DNA of 52,603 nucleotides from a virus (lineage: Duplodnaviria > Caudoviricetes). The notes under the pieces are model-generated. The model was not told the DNA's origin and made no database searches. It saw only the letters and a list, made by a program, of their open reading frames with translations. The stretch spans positions 1 through 52,603 of the IMG/VR virus record IMGVR_UViG_3300012352_000629, one strand, 5' to 3'. Positions 16,959 through 26,612 of the stretch are shown piece after piece. A program made the position numbers and the translations under genes. Every line of letters begins with the position of its first letter. Position 1 is the stretch's first letter.

Positions 16959-17823
16959 CGATCCTGAACAATCCTGTCTGCTGCGCTAACCGGTTAAGCG
17001 TCCTTACATCAGGCAAGCCGGTTACGTCCTTACCAACAAATCCTAGCATACGTTGGTATCTAGAGCAAGCCGCTGCGGTCACTGAGTCCCACTTACCTGG
17101 TTCACATCCGCGGAGATCCGTTACCGTCGCTAGCGCTAGCTGAATTGTTTCGACGCGCTTATTCCGGTCCCCGTGTTTGATCTCGCCGTTCGTTAAAAGT
17201 TTGACCCGGGCCTTCGCTGCAGCTTCGAGCTCAGCCATATCCGAGCCGTCAAAAGTTGTGCGGCCGCGATCCAGGAGCTTCATTAACCATTCGTTAAAAG
17301 TTACCCGTCGCTGCGGGCCCTCGAACTTTGGATGACAGAACACAACAACGTCGTTGATGCTGCGGACTTTTTGATAGACGCCGTCCTTCTTCTGGTAAGC
17401 GCCGGCACCTTCAGTGTTTCCCTCAACTGTGACGAAACGTCCAGTCTCCTGGAATTCACGTACGTCGATAACAATCCCACAGTGTGGCATGCTAAAAGCG
17501 CTCGCCGCAGCTCCAACGTTTGATGAAAAGTTATAGATCGCGATAGCTCCTGGCCGGGCTTCTCGTGAAAAGTTTCCCTCCCTGAGGAATTCCGCGAGCG
17601 CGGCCGGAGTGTAAACAAAAGAAGGAAGCTGCAGGCCGGCATCTTTTGCACAGACGTCAATGAATGCGCCGGCCCATGGCTGCGCGTCGTAACCAACCTT
17701 TTGACCAAAGATGTTTCGGCCGCCTAGGTCCACAGTGTAGCTCAAGTACTGCTGTGCTGTCTTCATGAAAAGTTCAGCAGCAGCTGCAGGATTCTTGCGT
17801 TTACGTAGTATCACGTAAACCAT
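16951..17823 (-). CDS. CHAP/NlpC-P60-like protein with C-terminal peptidoglycan-binding-like domain
   Basis: N.FG....Y..QPW..AF, HCGIV, TVEGNT; C-terminal IQ.AL...G.W...T..A...YQ. Confidence 0.7.
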   Translation of the reverse strand: MVYVILRKRKNPAAAAELFMKTAQQYLSYTVDLGGRNIFGQKVGYDAQPWAGAFIDVCAKDAGLQLPSFVYTPAALAEFLREGNFSREARPGAIAIYNFSSNVGAAASAFSMPHCGIVIDVREFQETGRFVTVEGNTEGAGAYQKKDGVYQKVRSINDVVVFCHPKFEGPQRRVTFNEWLMKLLDRGRTTFDGSDMAELEAAAKARVKLLTNGEIKHGDRNKRVETIQLALATVTDLRGCEPGKWDSVTAAACSRYQRMLGFVGKDVTGLPDVRTLNRLAQQTGLFRIDA

Positions 17824-17824
17824 C

Positions 17825-18121
17825 CTACTCTAAACGAAGCGGCGGGGTATAAGGAGATTTAAATTCCGGTAGATCCAATTGGTTTTCACGTTCCATGGAT
17901 TCTTCCAGGATCTGCTGATGCGTACGTTCAGCGGTGTGAGTGTAGACGAGTCCCGCATTGAAGGAACGTAACTCAACGTACAGGTTATGAGCTTCCTGGG
18001 CAAGAGCGGTTAAGCGAATGTGCTCTACACGATTATGCGCGTTTGAGATATCCGTCTTCAGGTTCTCGTAGTGTATCCGGGCCGTCTCTACGATATCGCT
18101 GAACTCCTGGTTAATTCGCAC
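17825..18121 (-). CDS. Hypothetical protein
   Basis: ORF in the operon. Confidence 0.7.
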   Translation of the reverse strand: MRINQEFSDIVETARIHYENLKTDISNAHNRVEHIRLTALAQEAHNLYVELRSFNAGLVYTHTAERTHQQILEESMERENQLDLPEFKSPYTPPLRLE

Positions 18122-18127
18122 GGTCCG

Positions 18128-19111
18128 TTACTTCTCTTCCTGGTTTGTAGTAGTAGCAGGCCGTTCTTCAGTTTCGGATCCGGTAGCTGCAGCTTTTGAT
18201 TCTTCGTTAAAAGTTTCAGATCCGGCGCTCGCCGGTTCCTCGACGACAACTTCAGCGTCTATGGTTTCCACGCCGTCGTCCGTCAAAAGTCTCGCCGCCG
18301 TGGCCGCGCCTAATGTCAGACGCTCCAACCGTTCAGCAATAATCTGTGCTGCAGGACGAACGTCGATATTGACATTGGTATCAATCTCCACGCCGCCTCG
18401 AACTCCAGCTCGGTCCAAGATCTCGGTTGCTGCTTTGAGCTTAACAGGTTCTGACTCGGCAAACTCCATAAGCTCTTCAAGTTTGTCAACTGCGAATGGC
18501 GCAGCTTGCATCAACTTTTCACGAGCTCGTTCAATGTCGTCGCTGGTCTTGTGTTTAACACTGCGCAAATGTACACGACACAGGCCGTCATCCTTTGGAC
18601 GCCCTGAACCCCAAAGCATGCATCGAATGCCATCGGTCTTAATGTGACGACAACGATGAGGTTGAGCTAGAGGTTGACGCTTTGGGTTTAGGTGACCCGT
18701 CTCTTGTTCTTTTAAATATAGCCTAGTTGCGTTTACTACCCAAGGTGGTACCAGGTAGTCGGAAGCTTCTTCGGCTATGAGATCCAGGCCGGTTAAGTAA
18801 TCTGAGTTGTTATCCGTTGGAACGGAAAGTATTGGACGCTTCTCTGCTAATGAGAGTAGACGGCGCTCGCGGGTTGATTCAGCGGTGCGTACTTTGATCA
18901 GGCCGGTTGAAGAACCTGCGCTGGAATATACCGGTTCCCATTGTAAGCGGGCCCGTCTTAATATAGCACGGTGTTCAAAGGTGTCCTCGCAGATACCCTT
19001 GTCAACTTCTTCGATACCAAGCTCTGATAGGTCCTGGAGGATGGAGACTGGCTCGTCTACTACGTAATCCAGGCCGTCTTCTTTAGTGGACTCGCCGTTT
19101 AATTCTAGCAA
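18128..19111 (-). CDS. Putative terminase small subunit-like protein
   Basis: CxxxxxxGxRC...CxxH zinc motif followed by A..L.ELM..AESE.VKL.AA.EILDRAG helical motif, as seen in phage TerS-like proteins. Confidence 0.55.
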   Translation of the reverse strand: MLELNGESTKEDGLDYVVDEPVSILQDLSELGIEEVDKGICEDTFEHRAILRRARLQWEPVYSSAGSSTGLIKVRTAESTRERRLLSLAEKRPILSVPTDNNSDYLTGLDLIAEEASDYLVPPWVVNATRLYLKEQETGHLNPKRQPLAQPHRCRHIKTDGIRCMLWGSGRPKDDGLCRVHLRSVKHKTSDDIERAREKLMQAAPFAVDKLEELMEFAESEPVKLKAATEILDRAGVRGGVEIDTNVNIDVRPAAQIIAERLERLTLGAATAARLLTDDGVETIDAEVVVEEPASAGSETFNEESKAAATGSETEERPATTTNQEEK

Positions 19112-19357
19112 TCTTGGCTCCTATTGTCAAACCAAGTAAGGGAAGACGACCCGTACAACTGGGGAGAGGACTGTATACGGGCCGCCTTCACCATTAATTG
19201 TAAGGGATGCACGCCGTTATTAGTTTTAGCGGAAGTATTCGAGGTAAACATAGCAACAATTGTACAATGATGAAAAGTTGTTGAGTTAGAGTTCGGACGA
19301 ATTTTTGCGCGAGGTGAGAGGAAACGCAGGGGTTTGCCCCTTTCATTAACAACGAGT

Positions 19358-19624
19358 CTATTCTCCATGACTCTGCTCCCCCTCCTCGGACCTGCTTTTG
19401 AATCGTCCATTAGCATCTCTTTTAGTACCTTGACCAGAGATGAGCTGAGATAGGGTCTTCCGGATGTTCTTCTGCTCTAGCCAAACTTCGTATGCATCCA
19501 TGCGGTTTACATACCCTGGCTTGACCATCTTAAGTTTCTCGTGGCTGATCCAGTTGTAGATAGTTTTAACAGAAACGCCAAGTTCCTCAGCCATGAGGAT
19601 GACCTTCACTGAATCTGATTCCAA
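19358..19624 (-). CDS. HTH DNA-binding protein (excisionase/MerR-like)
   Basis: AEELGVSVKTIYNWI. Confidence 0.75.
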   Translation of the reverse strand: MESDSVKVILMAEELGVSVKTIYNWISHEKLKMVKPGYVNRMDAYEVWLEQKNIRKTLSQLISGQGTKRDANGRFKSRSEEGEQSHGE

Positions 19625-19637
19625 GTTAAACTCCTAC

Positions 19638-19785
19638 AAAAAAGGACCGCCCCATCACTCTAACATGATGAGGCGGTCGAATAACCCTAGCTTGGGTTAT
19701 TTTGTTTCCCTCTCTCCCAAGAGGAAACAAATCTGCGTGTTGGTCCCGGTTCTTCCCAGCCTTCCCAGACTGCCGGGACCTTCAC
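19638..19785 (-). ncRNA. Candidate sRNA with four consecutive hairpins
   Basis: TATAAT at 19792-19797, three hairpins, then terminator hairpin with U-tract; no credible ORF. Confidence 0.5.
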
Positions 19786-19800
19786 ATTTTTATTATAGTA

Positions 19801-20151
19801 CTACTTTTTCTTAGGAGTTGCCTTCTTGGTTGAAGTTGCTGCTGGCTTAGCCTTTGGTGCTTCAGCCTTCTTAGCAGCAGGCTTTGCTGCTGGCTTTACA
19901 GCAGGTGCAACCTGAGGCTTTGCAGCTGCCTTAACTTCAGCAACCTTCTTTGCAGCCTTTGCAGCCTGTGCCTTTGCGTACTCTTCTTCGGCTGCCTTAG
20001 CCTTAGCCTGCTGTGCAAGAACTGCTTCGCGGGCTGCTCGGCGCTGGGCCTCAAGCTCTGCCTGCTCTCGGACAAGTTCTGCTACTAGCTTCTCGCTGTA
20101 GCCTAGACCGACTGCACTACGGAACTTCTCCCATGCTGAGATTTTTGCCAT
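19801..20151 (-). CDS. Lys/Ala/Pro-rich histone-H1-like protein
   Basis: KPAAKPAAKKA-type tail. Confidence 0.75.
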   Translation of the reverse strand: MAKISAWEKFRSAVGLGYSEKLVAELVREQAELEAQRRAAREAVLAQQAKAKAAEEEYAKAQAAKAAKKVAEVKAAAKPQVAPAVKPAAKPAAKKAEAPKAKPAATSTKKATPKKK

Positions 20152-20195
20152 TGTATTTCCTAACTTAGTTATTTGTTGTTTTTGATGTTAACACA

Positions 20196-20681
20196 TTAAG
20201 CGCTGTGTTCGCGGGGGTCTCTACAATCTGCGCAAAGGAATGCTGTGACTCCTTGGTCGTCTTCACTGTCGAGTAGTGCAACGCCAGTAGATGTAACTCT
20301 GACTGGGTAGTAAGGGGCTTCGACCTTGCAGATTTCACACTGCTTAGGGATGAGCCACTCAACCTTCTGAGTGAACTCTTCGTCGCCATAGGTTTCCTTG
20401 GATGCTGCATACCCCATTGCTAGGGCATGCTTCTTCCCTGAGCCATGACTCTTCCTCATGAAGAATCTGGTATTAGGAACTTCTAGCACCGCACGTTGGT
20501 TGATGCATGGACATGCATATGCTCCAGGCTTACAGAAGTGTCTGTTCTGGAATTTGTCATACTTGTGTCTAGACATACCATGACCACAGGCACATATGCG
20601 CCTATCGTCATTTCGTACGGTTACGAGAAGGTTCTCCTTGGACTCAAGGACTTCGTCGTAATCTAGATCAAAATCGTCCAT
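20196..20681 (-). CDS. Cys/His-rich Zn-binding protein
   Basis: CACGH...H...C...CPC, CEIC, CADC. Confidence 0.8.
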   Translation of the reverse strand: MDDFDLDYDEVLESKENLLVTVRNDDRRICACGHGMSRHKYDKFQNRHFCKPGAYACPCINQRAVLEVPNTRFFMRKSHGSGKKHALAMGYAASKETYGDEEFTQKVEWLIPKQCEICKVEAPYYPVRVTSTGVALLDSEDDQGVTAFLCADCRDPREHSA

Positions 20682-21038
20682 TTAGTTGCTTGCTCCGAAC
20701 ATGTATGTCGAATCTGTTGGTGCTGATACTCCTGCTCCAACCATGATGTTCATAATCTTTGCAAGTTCTGCATAGATTGGGCTGCCCATTGCTGCTGCTG
20801 CAATCTTGGTGCCCTGCTCAACTAGACGCTCTTGTAGGCTGTCATCCCATTCTGATTCTGGTACTTCAGAAACCGGGTGCCAGTTCTCACCGTCAAAGAC
20901 GGCAGGATATCCTTCGCCGTAAACGATAACGTAGCCATACTGCATACCAGTCTCATCAGTGAATGGTGAAAACAATACGCCATCTGGGTCTCGCATTACA
21001 CGAACTCCACGCATCTTCCCTGCATTTGCTTTAATCAT
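20682..21038 (-). CDS. Hypothetical protein
   Basis: ORF, AAGGAG RBS. Confidence 0.75.
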   Translation of the reverse strand: MIKANAGKMRGVRVMRDPDGVLFSPFTDETGMQYGYVIVYGEGYPAVFDGENWHPVSEVPESEWDDSLQERLVEQGTKIAAAAMGSPIYAELAKIMNIMVGAGVSAPTDSTYMFGASN

Positions 21039-21046
21039 TTTTCTCC

Positions 21047-21496
21047 TTAGCCTAGAAATTCTAGGTGATTTGTCTCTTTCTTGCTAGGCACATTACCTAA
21101 CCAAGTTTCTCCATCGAACTGATACAGGTCTCCCTTAGAGTCCTGATACCAGCCAATCTCATATGACTCTGGCTCTTGAATTTCGATCTTCTCTCCTACG
21201 GAACCTAACTCAGCTCGTAGTGTAGCTAGATCTACGTCCTCAAGCTTTGCACCATGAACATCAGTAATCACGGCGACATCTGTAGGATCAAGCTTCTCCC
21301 ATTTGTTGCTCTTGTGATGGGCAACTTTCATTACATAGATAATCCCATTTTTCTTGCGAAGTTGGATCATGTCATTGTCATCTGTTGCAATGCGATTTGC
21401 CCAAGCTTTGACAGTGTTGATGGAAGGAACAGGTCCATAGTCTTCATCTAGCTCTGAGATATCATCATCAATTACTTCTACCATTAGTGGCTTCAT
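21047..21496 (-). CDS. Hypothetical protein with C-terminal GWYQ..GDL.Q.DG module
   Basis: ORF; module shared with the neighbour. Confidence 0.75.
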   Translation of the reverse strand: MKPLMVEVIDDDISELDEDYGPVPSINTVKAWANRIATDDNDMIQLRKKNGIIYVMKVAHHKSNKWEKLDPTDVAVITDVHGAKLEDVDLATLRAELGSVGEKIEIQEPESYEIGWYQDSKGDLYQFDGETWLGNVPSKKETNHLEFLG

Positions 21497-21702
21497 CCTA
21501 GGTACTCCAAACTTCTTAGTGATTGATCTGGGACCTTATCCCAAATCACTCCGTCGTATTGAAACAGATCTCCTCGGTCACTCTGATACCAACCAGGCTT
21601 CAACTCAGGCATTCTCTTTAATTCCTCTGCCCTGATGTATCTATAAAGCTCTTCCTTGTCAAACTCACCGAGGTGCTTCTTGTAATCTGTCTCGTTCTTC
21701 AT
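21493..21702 (-). CDS. Hypothetical protein with GWYQ..GDL.Q.DG module
   Basis: ORF, GAGGAG RBS. Confidence 0.75.
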   Translation of the reverse strand: MKNETDYKKHLGEFDKEELYRYIRAEELKRMPELKPGWYQSDRGDLFQYDGVIWDKVPDQSLRSLEYLG

Positions 21703-21734
21703 ATCTCCTCATTCTAGAAAACTGAATCCTATTT

Positions 21735-22140
21735 GTCAAGTACCTTCTATATTTCTTACTTTACTTTTCCACGCAAGTGGAAATCCACTAAGAGTCTAGC
21801 AGATTCTTATATTTCTTATTTTCTACCCTACTAGGCACTTAATTGATACTGTTACAATATTTTTGCATAAGGCTATCACACACACGTCACGCGTATTAGA
21901 GATTATTGTTGCAGTATAAAGTAACTTAGTAGATATATAGAAATATTATCAACTTTTTCCCCTACCCCTTTATCATTTCTTGCTAATACGAAAAAAATAT
22001 ATTAGCAGAAATCAATTTTCCCTACACTCTTCGTCGTCTTTGGATTTTAATATCGGCGTCCAGTATTTTCCCATACCTAAAACAATTTCCTGCTAATAGC
22101 CTCAGCCAAATAGCCCCCGCCACATCCCCGTAAACTGTTT
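21735..22140. other. AT-rich non-coding region with direct and inverted repeats (origin-like)
   Basis: About 400 bp between divergent genes; repeats TATATTTCTTA, TTTTCCCTAC and ATTTCyTGCTAATA. Confidence 0.45.
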
Positions 22141-22142
22141 TC

Positions 22143-22376
22143 ATGGCAAGCAGCAACCTACCTAATACGTCTCTAGATGTAGCCTTAAGGCGTCTAGAGC
22201 TTTGTACTTATGCTGTTCAGGAGATTCACATAGAGCTGAATCAGCCCCAGGACCCAGACTCAAAGGCGGATCTTATTCTCGCCACAGAGAAGTTGGTTGC
22301 AGAGACGGTTGACCTATATCAAACCGTTAGGGTTTATGTTTGGGGAGAAGACGAACCCGAAGAAGACGAAGACTAG
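22143..22376 (+). CDS. Hypothetical protein
   Basis: ORF preceded closely by TAAACT (possibly leaderless). Confidence 0.7.
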   Translation: MASSNLPNTSLDVALRRLELCTYAVQEIHIELNQPQDPDSKADLILATEKLVAETVDLYQTVRVYVWGEDEPEEDED

Positions 22377-22378
22377 AC

Positions 22379-22579
22379 CTAGCGATGAAACCTAGGCGGA
22401 AATAGCGCCTTTACTAGTTGCTTCCGGATTCTGGCTTGTTCTGCACTGTCTGCATTCTTTAGCGCTTCCTCTACGTGACGGCGCACAGACATATATAGAA
22501 GCGCAAAAGCGGTGATGCCTGAAAACAGGAACACCACCGCAATCACAAAGATTACATTTAAGAAATCATGGTTAGCCAT
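22379..22579 (-). CDS. Small membrane protein
   Basis: Start moved to MANHDF; one TM. Confidence 0.65.
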   Translation of the reverse strand: MANHDFLNVIFVIAVVFLFSGITAFALLYMSVRRHVEEALKNADSAEQARIRKQLVKALFPPRFHR

Positions 22580-22592
22580 GATTCTATTGTAT

Positions 22593-22790
22593 CTACTTAT
22601 TCTTTCCTGATTCCTTGGACCAAGCATTAAGAGCCTGCTCCATAGCGCCCCAGCCATCCTTAGCCTGCTTCTTACGCTTAGTGTACTGGCGTCCAGCAAT
22701 CCAGAATAGGACCACAATCTCAAGAACCAAAAGGCTCAAAGCTCCGACAGCGAAAGCCCACCAACTCCATGTAAAAGTCAAAGTGACCAT
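22593..22790 (-). CDS. Small membrane protein
   Basis: One TM, AAGGAG RBS. Confidence 0.7.
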   Translation of the reverse strand: MVTLTFTWSWWAFAVGALSLLVLEIVVLFWIAGRQYTKRKKQAKDGWGAMEQALNAWSKESGKNK

Positions 22791-22819
22791 AACTCTCTCC
22801 TTACTCCTTATTCTCTAGG

Positions 22820-23086
22820 TTAGTTTACAAACTCTAGTTTAATGTTATTTAACCACTGGACAACTTCGACGCGCAATACCGGAACGATGGTTCCGTCTGC
22901 CTCTTCGATGCCCTTCATGTTAAGTTCCATGTCTCCCGCGCAGTCAGCACAGACGTCTACGTTCATGGAGATGTCTCCAAAGTCGTCTTCCTCTACGATT
23001 GCTCGCACGCGATTCATTTCATATGCCTCGAAGACTTCGTCACAGTTGTCGCAGGTGAAATCTACGTTAGTAGTTGTAGTAGCCAT
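22820..23086 (-). CDS. Zn-ribbon protein (CDNC...CADC)
   Basis: ORF with RBS and TTGACA promoter. Confidence 0.75.
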   Translation of the reverse strand: MATTTTNVDFTCDNCDEVFEAYEMNRVRAIVEEDDFGDISMNVDVCADCAGDMELNMKGIEEADGTIVPVLRVEVVQWLNNIKLEFVN

Positions 23087-23161
23087 TTGTTTGTTCCTTG
23101 TTCCTTTCTGTTTGTATTTAGACCATACACCCTAATAAATTTCTTGTCAAGCACAAACTAA

Positions 23162-23283
23162 CAAAAAGGGAAAAGAAAACGGCCCAGAGAAATGCGACAA
23201 ACTCTGGACCGTCTTCACAACAGAAAGGAGTGACAGGGAAAAATGATAAACCCTGGACTACCCGTAAACCCTAGTAAACAGGC
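23162..23283 (-). ncRNA. Candidate sRNA with an exposed anti-Shine-Dalgarno tract
   Basis: TTGCTA/TACGAT promoter at about 23290-23317, hairpin, unpaired CACUCCUUUCUG, terminator; no ORF. Confidence 0.45.
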
Positions 23284-23369
23284 AAGTACATCGTAACACA
23301 TCTAGATACGTCTAGCAACATTTCTGGTAAAATATTTATAGGCTGGGGAGCCATCAGGAGTCCCCTAAA

Positions 23370-23678
23370 ATGTCAGCCAAGTCTGCTAACACTAAAGCAA
23401 AAAACAACTCTAAGTTTCACTTAACGCTTGACATCACCTACAGGGTGATCGCCACTTTCATTGCATCCGCGCTCAGCGTTATTGGTGCAGGCTCAATTAT
23501 TGGTTTAGATCTATGGATGTCTGCCGCGCTCGGCGGACTATTGGCAGTTGCCAAGGTTGTAGAGAAACTAGCCCTCGCTTTCCTAGAGGACGGGAAAATC
23601 GACCGCAAAGAAGTTAATGCCATCTTCTCTCAAGTTGTCCGCCTAAAGAACGCCGAAGAGCTAGGAGACAAGAAATAA
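23370..23678 (+). CDS. Membrane protein, holin-like
   Basis: Two hydrophobic helices, charged C-terminus. Confidence 0.7.
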   Translation: MSAKSANTKAKNNSKFHLTLDITYRVIATFIASALSVIGAGSIIGLDLWMSAALGGLLAVAKVVEKLALAFLEDGKIDRKEVNAIFSQVVRLKNAEELGDKK

Positions 23679-25984
23679 TGTCAAAGACCAGCAAAGTCCT
23701 AAGAGTATATCTAGCCACAGCCCTAACATTCGGCTGGACCTTAGCCGTTGGTGCTACCGCTTCGTTCGCGGAAGAACCAGCCCCAACAGAGCCAGTAGTT
23801 GTTGTAGTCACTACTCCAGGTGGCGATGACTCGTCTTACCAGATCCCACTGACAACCACTGTAACTTTTGACGGAGTTGAATACAGCAACGTCTACGCTA
23901 CAACTAACTCAGTCATAACCTTTGGTCGTCCAGACGGAACTTACTGGACTTACCCAGCAACCCCATCAATCTCCCTTTACTCTATGGACTGGGTTGTCTA
24001 CCCTAACGCTCGTGCAGACGAGCACCTAATCATCCGCGCATCTGACGGAGGATTCCAGGTTGACATCTCGGCTCGTCCTATCTGGCTACAGCAAGCTACA
24101 GAACCAACGAACATCAATATTGTTGCCGCTATCAACGTTGACGGAACAGTTGCCATTTCTTACTCGCTAACTGGCCCAAGCTACGAAGCACAGACTCGCA
24201 CAGGCGTTCGTCTAACTAGTGGTCAGGTTGTAACCCTAGAAGAGTATGGCGTTATTCAGGTTGAAGAACCTCCTGTACTTACACCAGAGCCAGTAGTTCC
24301 TACCCCAGAGCCAACTCCAACTACAAGCCCAGAACCTACCCCGACTGTAAGTCCAGAACCAACACCAACGGCAAGTCCAGAGCCGACTCCAACTCCTACC
24401 CAGTCACCAGAGCCAGCTCCAAGTCTTAACGCACCAACAAACGTTCGAGTGCAGCAACTTTCTGACGGTCGGGTAGAAATCCTTTGGGACGCACCAGCTA
24501 CAACAAGCACCGCAATAGAACGCTATGCAGTTACTTGGTCTACTCCACAAGGAGGCTGGGGGATACCTGCTACAGGAACCAGTCTGATTGTTCCTGCTGA
24601 CGTTGCAATGTTCCAGGGCGGGTTAAACACTAACTACTCATTCACAGTTCGTGCAGACAACGACACACTGGGCGTCTACTCACCAGTGTCCACAGCAGTA
24701 GAGATTCCAGTTAACGCTCCAATCACAAGACCTTACATTCCACAAGGTGCAACCGTACTGGGTGAAGGCTCGTCAATTGAAGTCGTTGCTCCAGCAGGTC
24801 AAAGGATTCAAAGTATTACAGCTTGGTATGGCGACCCTGACAACGCTACCCGAGGTATCGATGTTTCATCAGAGCTGACTCAGTTAGCAGGTGGAAGAAC
24901 ATCTGTAACTATTGATTCAAACAATGCCTTCGGTGACCCAGCAGGTGGCACAGTTAAGGTCCTCATCTTCTTAGTTAACTACGAAGACATCGTCCTAACC
25001 CCTGAGCAAATAGCTGCCATCGAAGCAGAAGAGCGTGCACGTCAAGAGCGCATCGCTGCCGAAGCTGCCGCCGCAGAAGCTGCCCGACTAGAGGAGCAAG
25101 CTCGCATCGCTGCAGAGGAAGCAGCCCGAGTAGCAGCCGAACAAGCAGCAATTGCCGAGAGAGCACGTATAGAAGCAGAGCGTCTAGCGGCCGAACAAGC
25201 TGCAGAAGCCGCAAGGATCGAAGCTGAAAGAGCCGCAGCTGAAGCAGCCGCCGCAGCTGAAGCAGCGAGACTTGAAGCCGAAAGACTTGAAGCAGAGCGC
25301 ATCGCCGCTGAAGCAAGAGCAGAAGAAGCCAGATTAGAAGCTGAAAGATTAGCAGCAGAGCAAGCAGCCAAAGCAGAAGCGGAACGTATTGCAGCTGAAC
25401 AGGCAGCAGAGAAGGCTCGCTTAGAAGCTGAAGAAGCAGCCAGACTAGCAGCTGAAGCCGAGGCTTCGAAGCCAGAGCCTGAACCAGAAGAGCCAGTCGT
25501 TGAAGAAGAGGAAGAGCTGACCACAGCTGAAGAACTTCCAGAAGTTATCAGCGCTGAACTTCTAACCCACATCGACCTAAAAGAAATCGTTGCAACTGAC
25601 CTTACAGAAGCACAGGCAGAAGCCCTAAAGGAAGCAGCCCTCGAAACCTTCGAGACAGCAGCTCCTGGTAGCGAAGCTTACGAGCAAGCTCTTGACGCAC
25701 TGTACGTTGCAGCCGCAGCTGACGACATCGTTATCTCCGAAGAACTTGCAGCCATTCCAGGTGCTGCAGCCCTTGTTGACGCAATCAACATGCTGGGTAA
25801 CGCAGGTGCCGACATGTCTCCTCAGGTTCGTGAAGAGTCAGAGAAGGTCGTTGTTGCAGCCGTTGTTGCTGGTAACGCAGCTATTGCAGCAGCAACAGGT
25901 GCCGCGAGCGCAGCAACTTCAGCAGCAGCCAGTGCAGGAGGAGGCGTCTCAGGCGGCTCATCATCAGGAAGAAGGATCAAATAA
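23678..25984 (+). CDS. Large secreted/surface protein: signal peptide, PT linker, FN3, SUEL-lectin-like domain, Ala/Glu/Arg coiled coil
   Basis: PEPTPT repeats; APTNV...W.AP...Y.V..Y.F.VRA.N (FN3); FGDP.GGT.K.L; EAERLAAE repeats. Confidence 0.85.
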   Translation: MSKTSKVLRVYLATALTFGWTLAVGATASFAEEPAPTEPVVVVVTTPGGDDSSYQIPLTTTVTFDGVEYSNVYATTNSVITFGRPDGTYWTYPATPSISLYSMDWVVYPNARADEHLIIRASDGGFQVDISARPIWLQQATEPTNINIVAAINVDGTVAISYSLTGPSYEAQTRTGVRLTSGQVVTLEEYGVIQVEEPPVLTPEPVVPTPEPTPTTSPEPTPTVSPEPTPTASPEPTPTPTQSPEPAPSLNAPTNVRVQQLSDGRVEILWDAPATTSTAIERYAVTWSTPQGGWGIPATGTSLIVPADVAMFQGGLNTNYSFTVRADNDTLGVYSPVSTAVEIPVNAPITRPYIPQGATVLGEGSSIEVVAPAGQRIQSITAWYGDPDNATRGIDVSSELTQLAGGRTSVTIDSNNAFGDPAGGTVKVLIFLVNYEDIVLTPEQIAAIEAEERARQERIAAEAAAAEAARLEEQARIAAEEAARVAAEQAAIAERARIEAERLAAEQAAEAARIEAERAAAEAAAAAEAARLEAERLEAERIAAEARAEEARLEAERLAAEQAAKAEAERIAAEQAAEKARLEAEEAARLAAEAEASKPEPEPEEPVVEEEEELTTAEELPEVISAELLTHIDLKEIVATDLTEAQAEALKEAALETFETAAPGSEAYEQALDALYVAAAADDIVISEELAAIPGAAALVDAINMLGNAGADMSPQVREESEKVVVAAVVAGNAAIAAATGAASAATSAAASAGGGVSGGSSSGRRIK

Positions 25985-26388
25985 TGTACGAATACAGAGT
26001 TAAGTCAGTACTAGCAGTTATCGACGGCGACACAATCGACGTAGAGATTGACTTAGGGTTTGACATCTCAATCATGAAGCGCGTCCGTCTTGCAGGTATC
26101 GATACCCCAGAGTCTCGCACAACTGATAAGAACGAGAAGACCCTTGGCCTAGAAGCTAAAGCACTTCTTAAGCAACAGCTTGCAGGTGCCAAGACAATCA
26201 TTATTAAGACAGAGAAGCCAGACTCATCAGAGAAGTATGGACGAGTCCTGGGCTGGGTTTACCTGGACGGAGCTGCCACATCTTTTAACGAGACGATGAT
26301 TGCTTCCGGCTACGCATGGTCTTACATGGGAGACACCAAGGTCAAAGATTTTGACGAACTACTACAGAAAAGAAAGATGCACCAATGA
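25984..26388 (+). CDS. Thermonuclease (SNase-like)
   Basis: VIDGDTI, RVRLAGIDTPE, KYGRVL. Confidence 0.9.
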   Translation: MYEYRVKSVLAVIDGDTIDVEIDLGFDISIMKRVRLAGIDTPESRTTDKNEKTLGLEAKALLKQQLAGAKTIIIKTEKPDSSEKYGRVLGWVYLDGAATSFNETMIASGYAWSYMGDTKVKDFDELLQKRKMHQ

Positions 26389-26612
26389 AAGAAAAAACCA
26401 TGCTCATCCTCGCATCAGGAGTCATGCTTGCAATCTTGTTTGCAATCGTTGGCGACTATGTAGTGGCAGCCATTGAAACCCAAACAACTGGTGAAGCCGT
26501 AGAAGTTTCGTCAGATGTTATGACCCTAGTACAGACAGCCCTCGGCGGTATCATCGGTATTCTCGGTGGCTACTTCGGAGCTAAAGCAAACAACAAGAAA
26601 GATGAAGACTAA
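26385..26612 (+). CDS. Small membrane protein
   Basis: Two TM. Confidence 0.75.
   Translation: MKEKTMLILASGVMLAILFAIVGDYVVAAIETQTTGEAVEVSSDVMTLVQTALGGIIGILGGYFGAKANNKKDED

Larger units (their letters stand above)
15853..18291 (+). repeat. Oriented motif TTCGTTAAAAGTT, mostly inside CDSs
   Basis: Exact at 15853, 16255, 16385, 17189, 17290 and 18203; 11-mer core at 16122; variants at 16286, 17247, 17522, 17564, 17764 and 18281. Confidence 0.85.

Noticed and set aside
19105-19416. 103-aa minus-strand ORF upstream of the TerS-like gene
   Set aside because: It overlaps the HTH gene, has no clear RBS and the region looks regulatory; not supported.
24290-25470. Tandem DNA repeats in the 768-aa gene and the antisense Ser/Ala-rich ORFs
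   Set aside because: Explained by protein-level PT and EAERLAAE repeats with varied codons.
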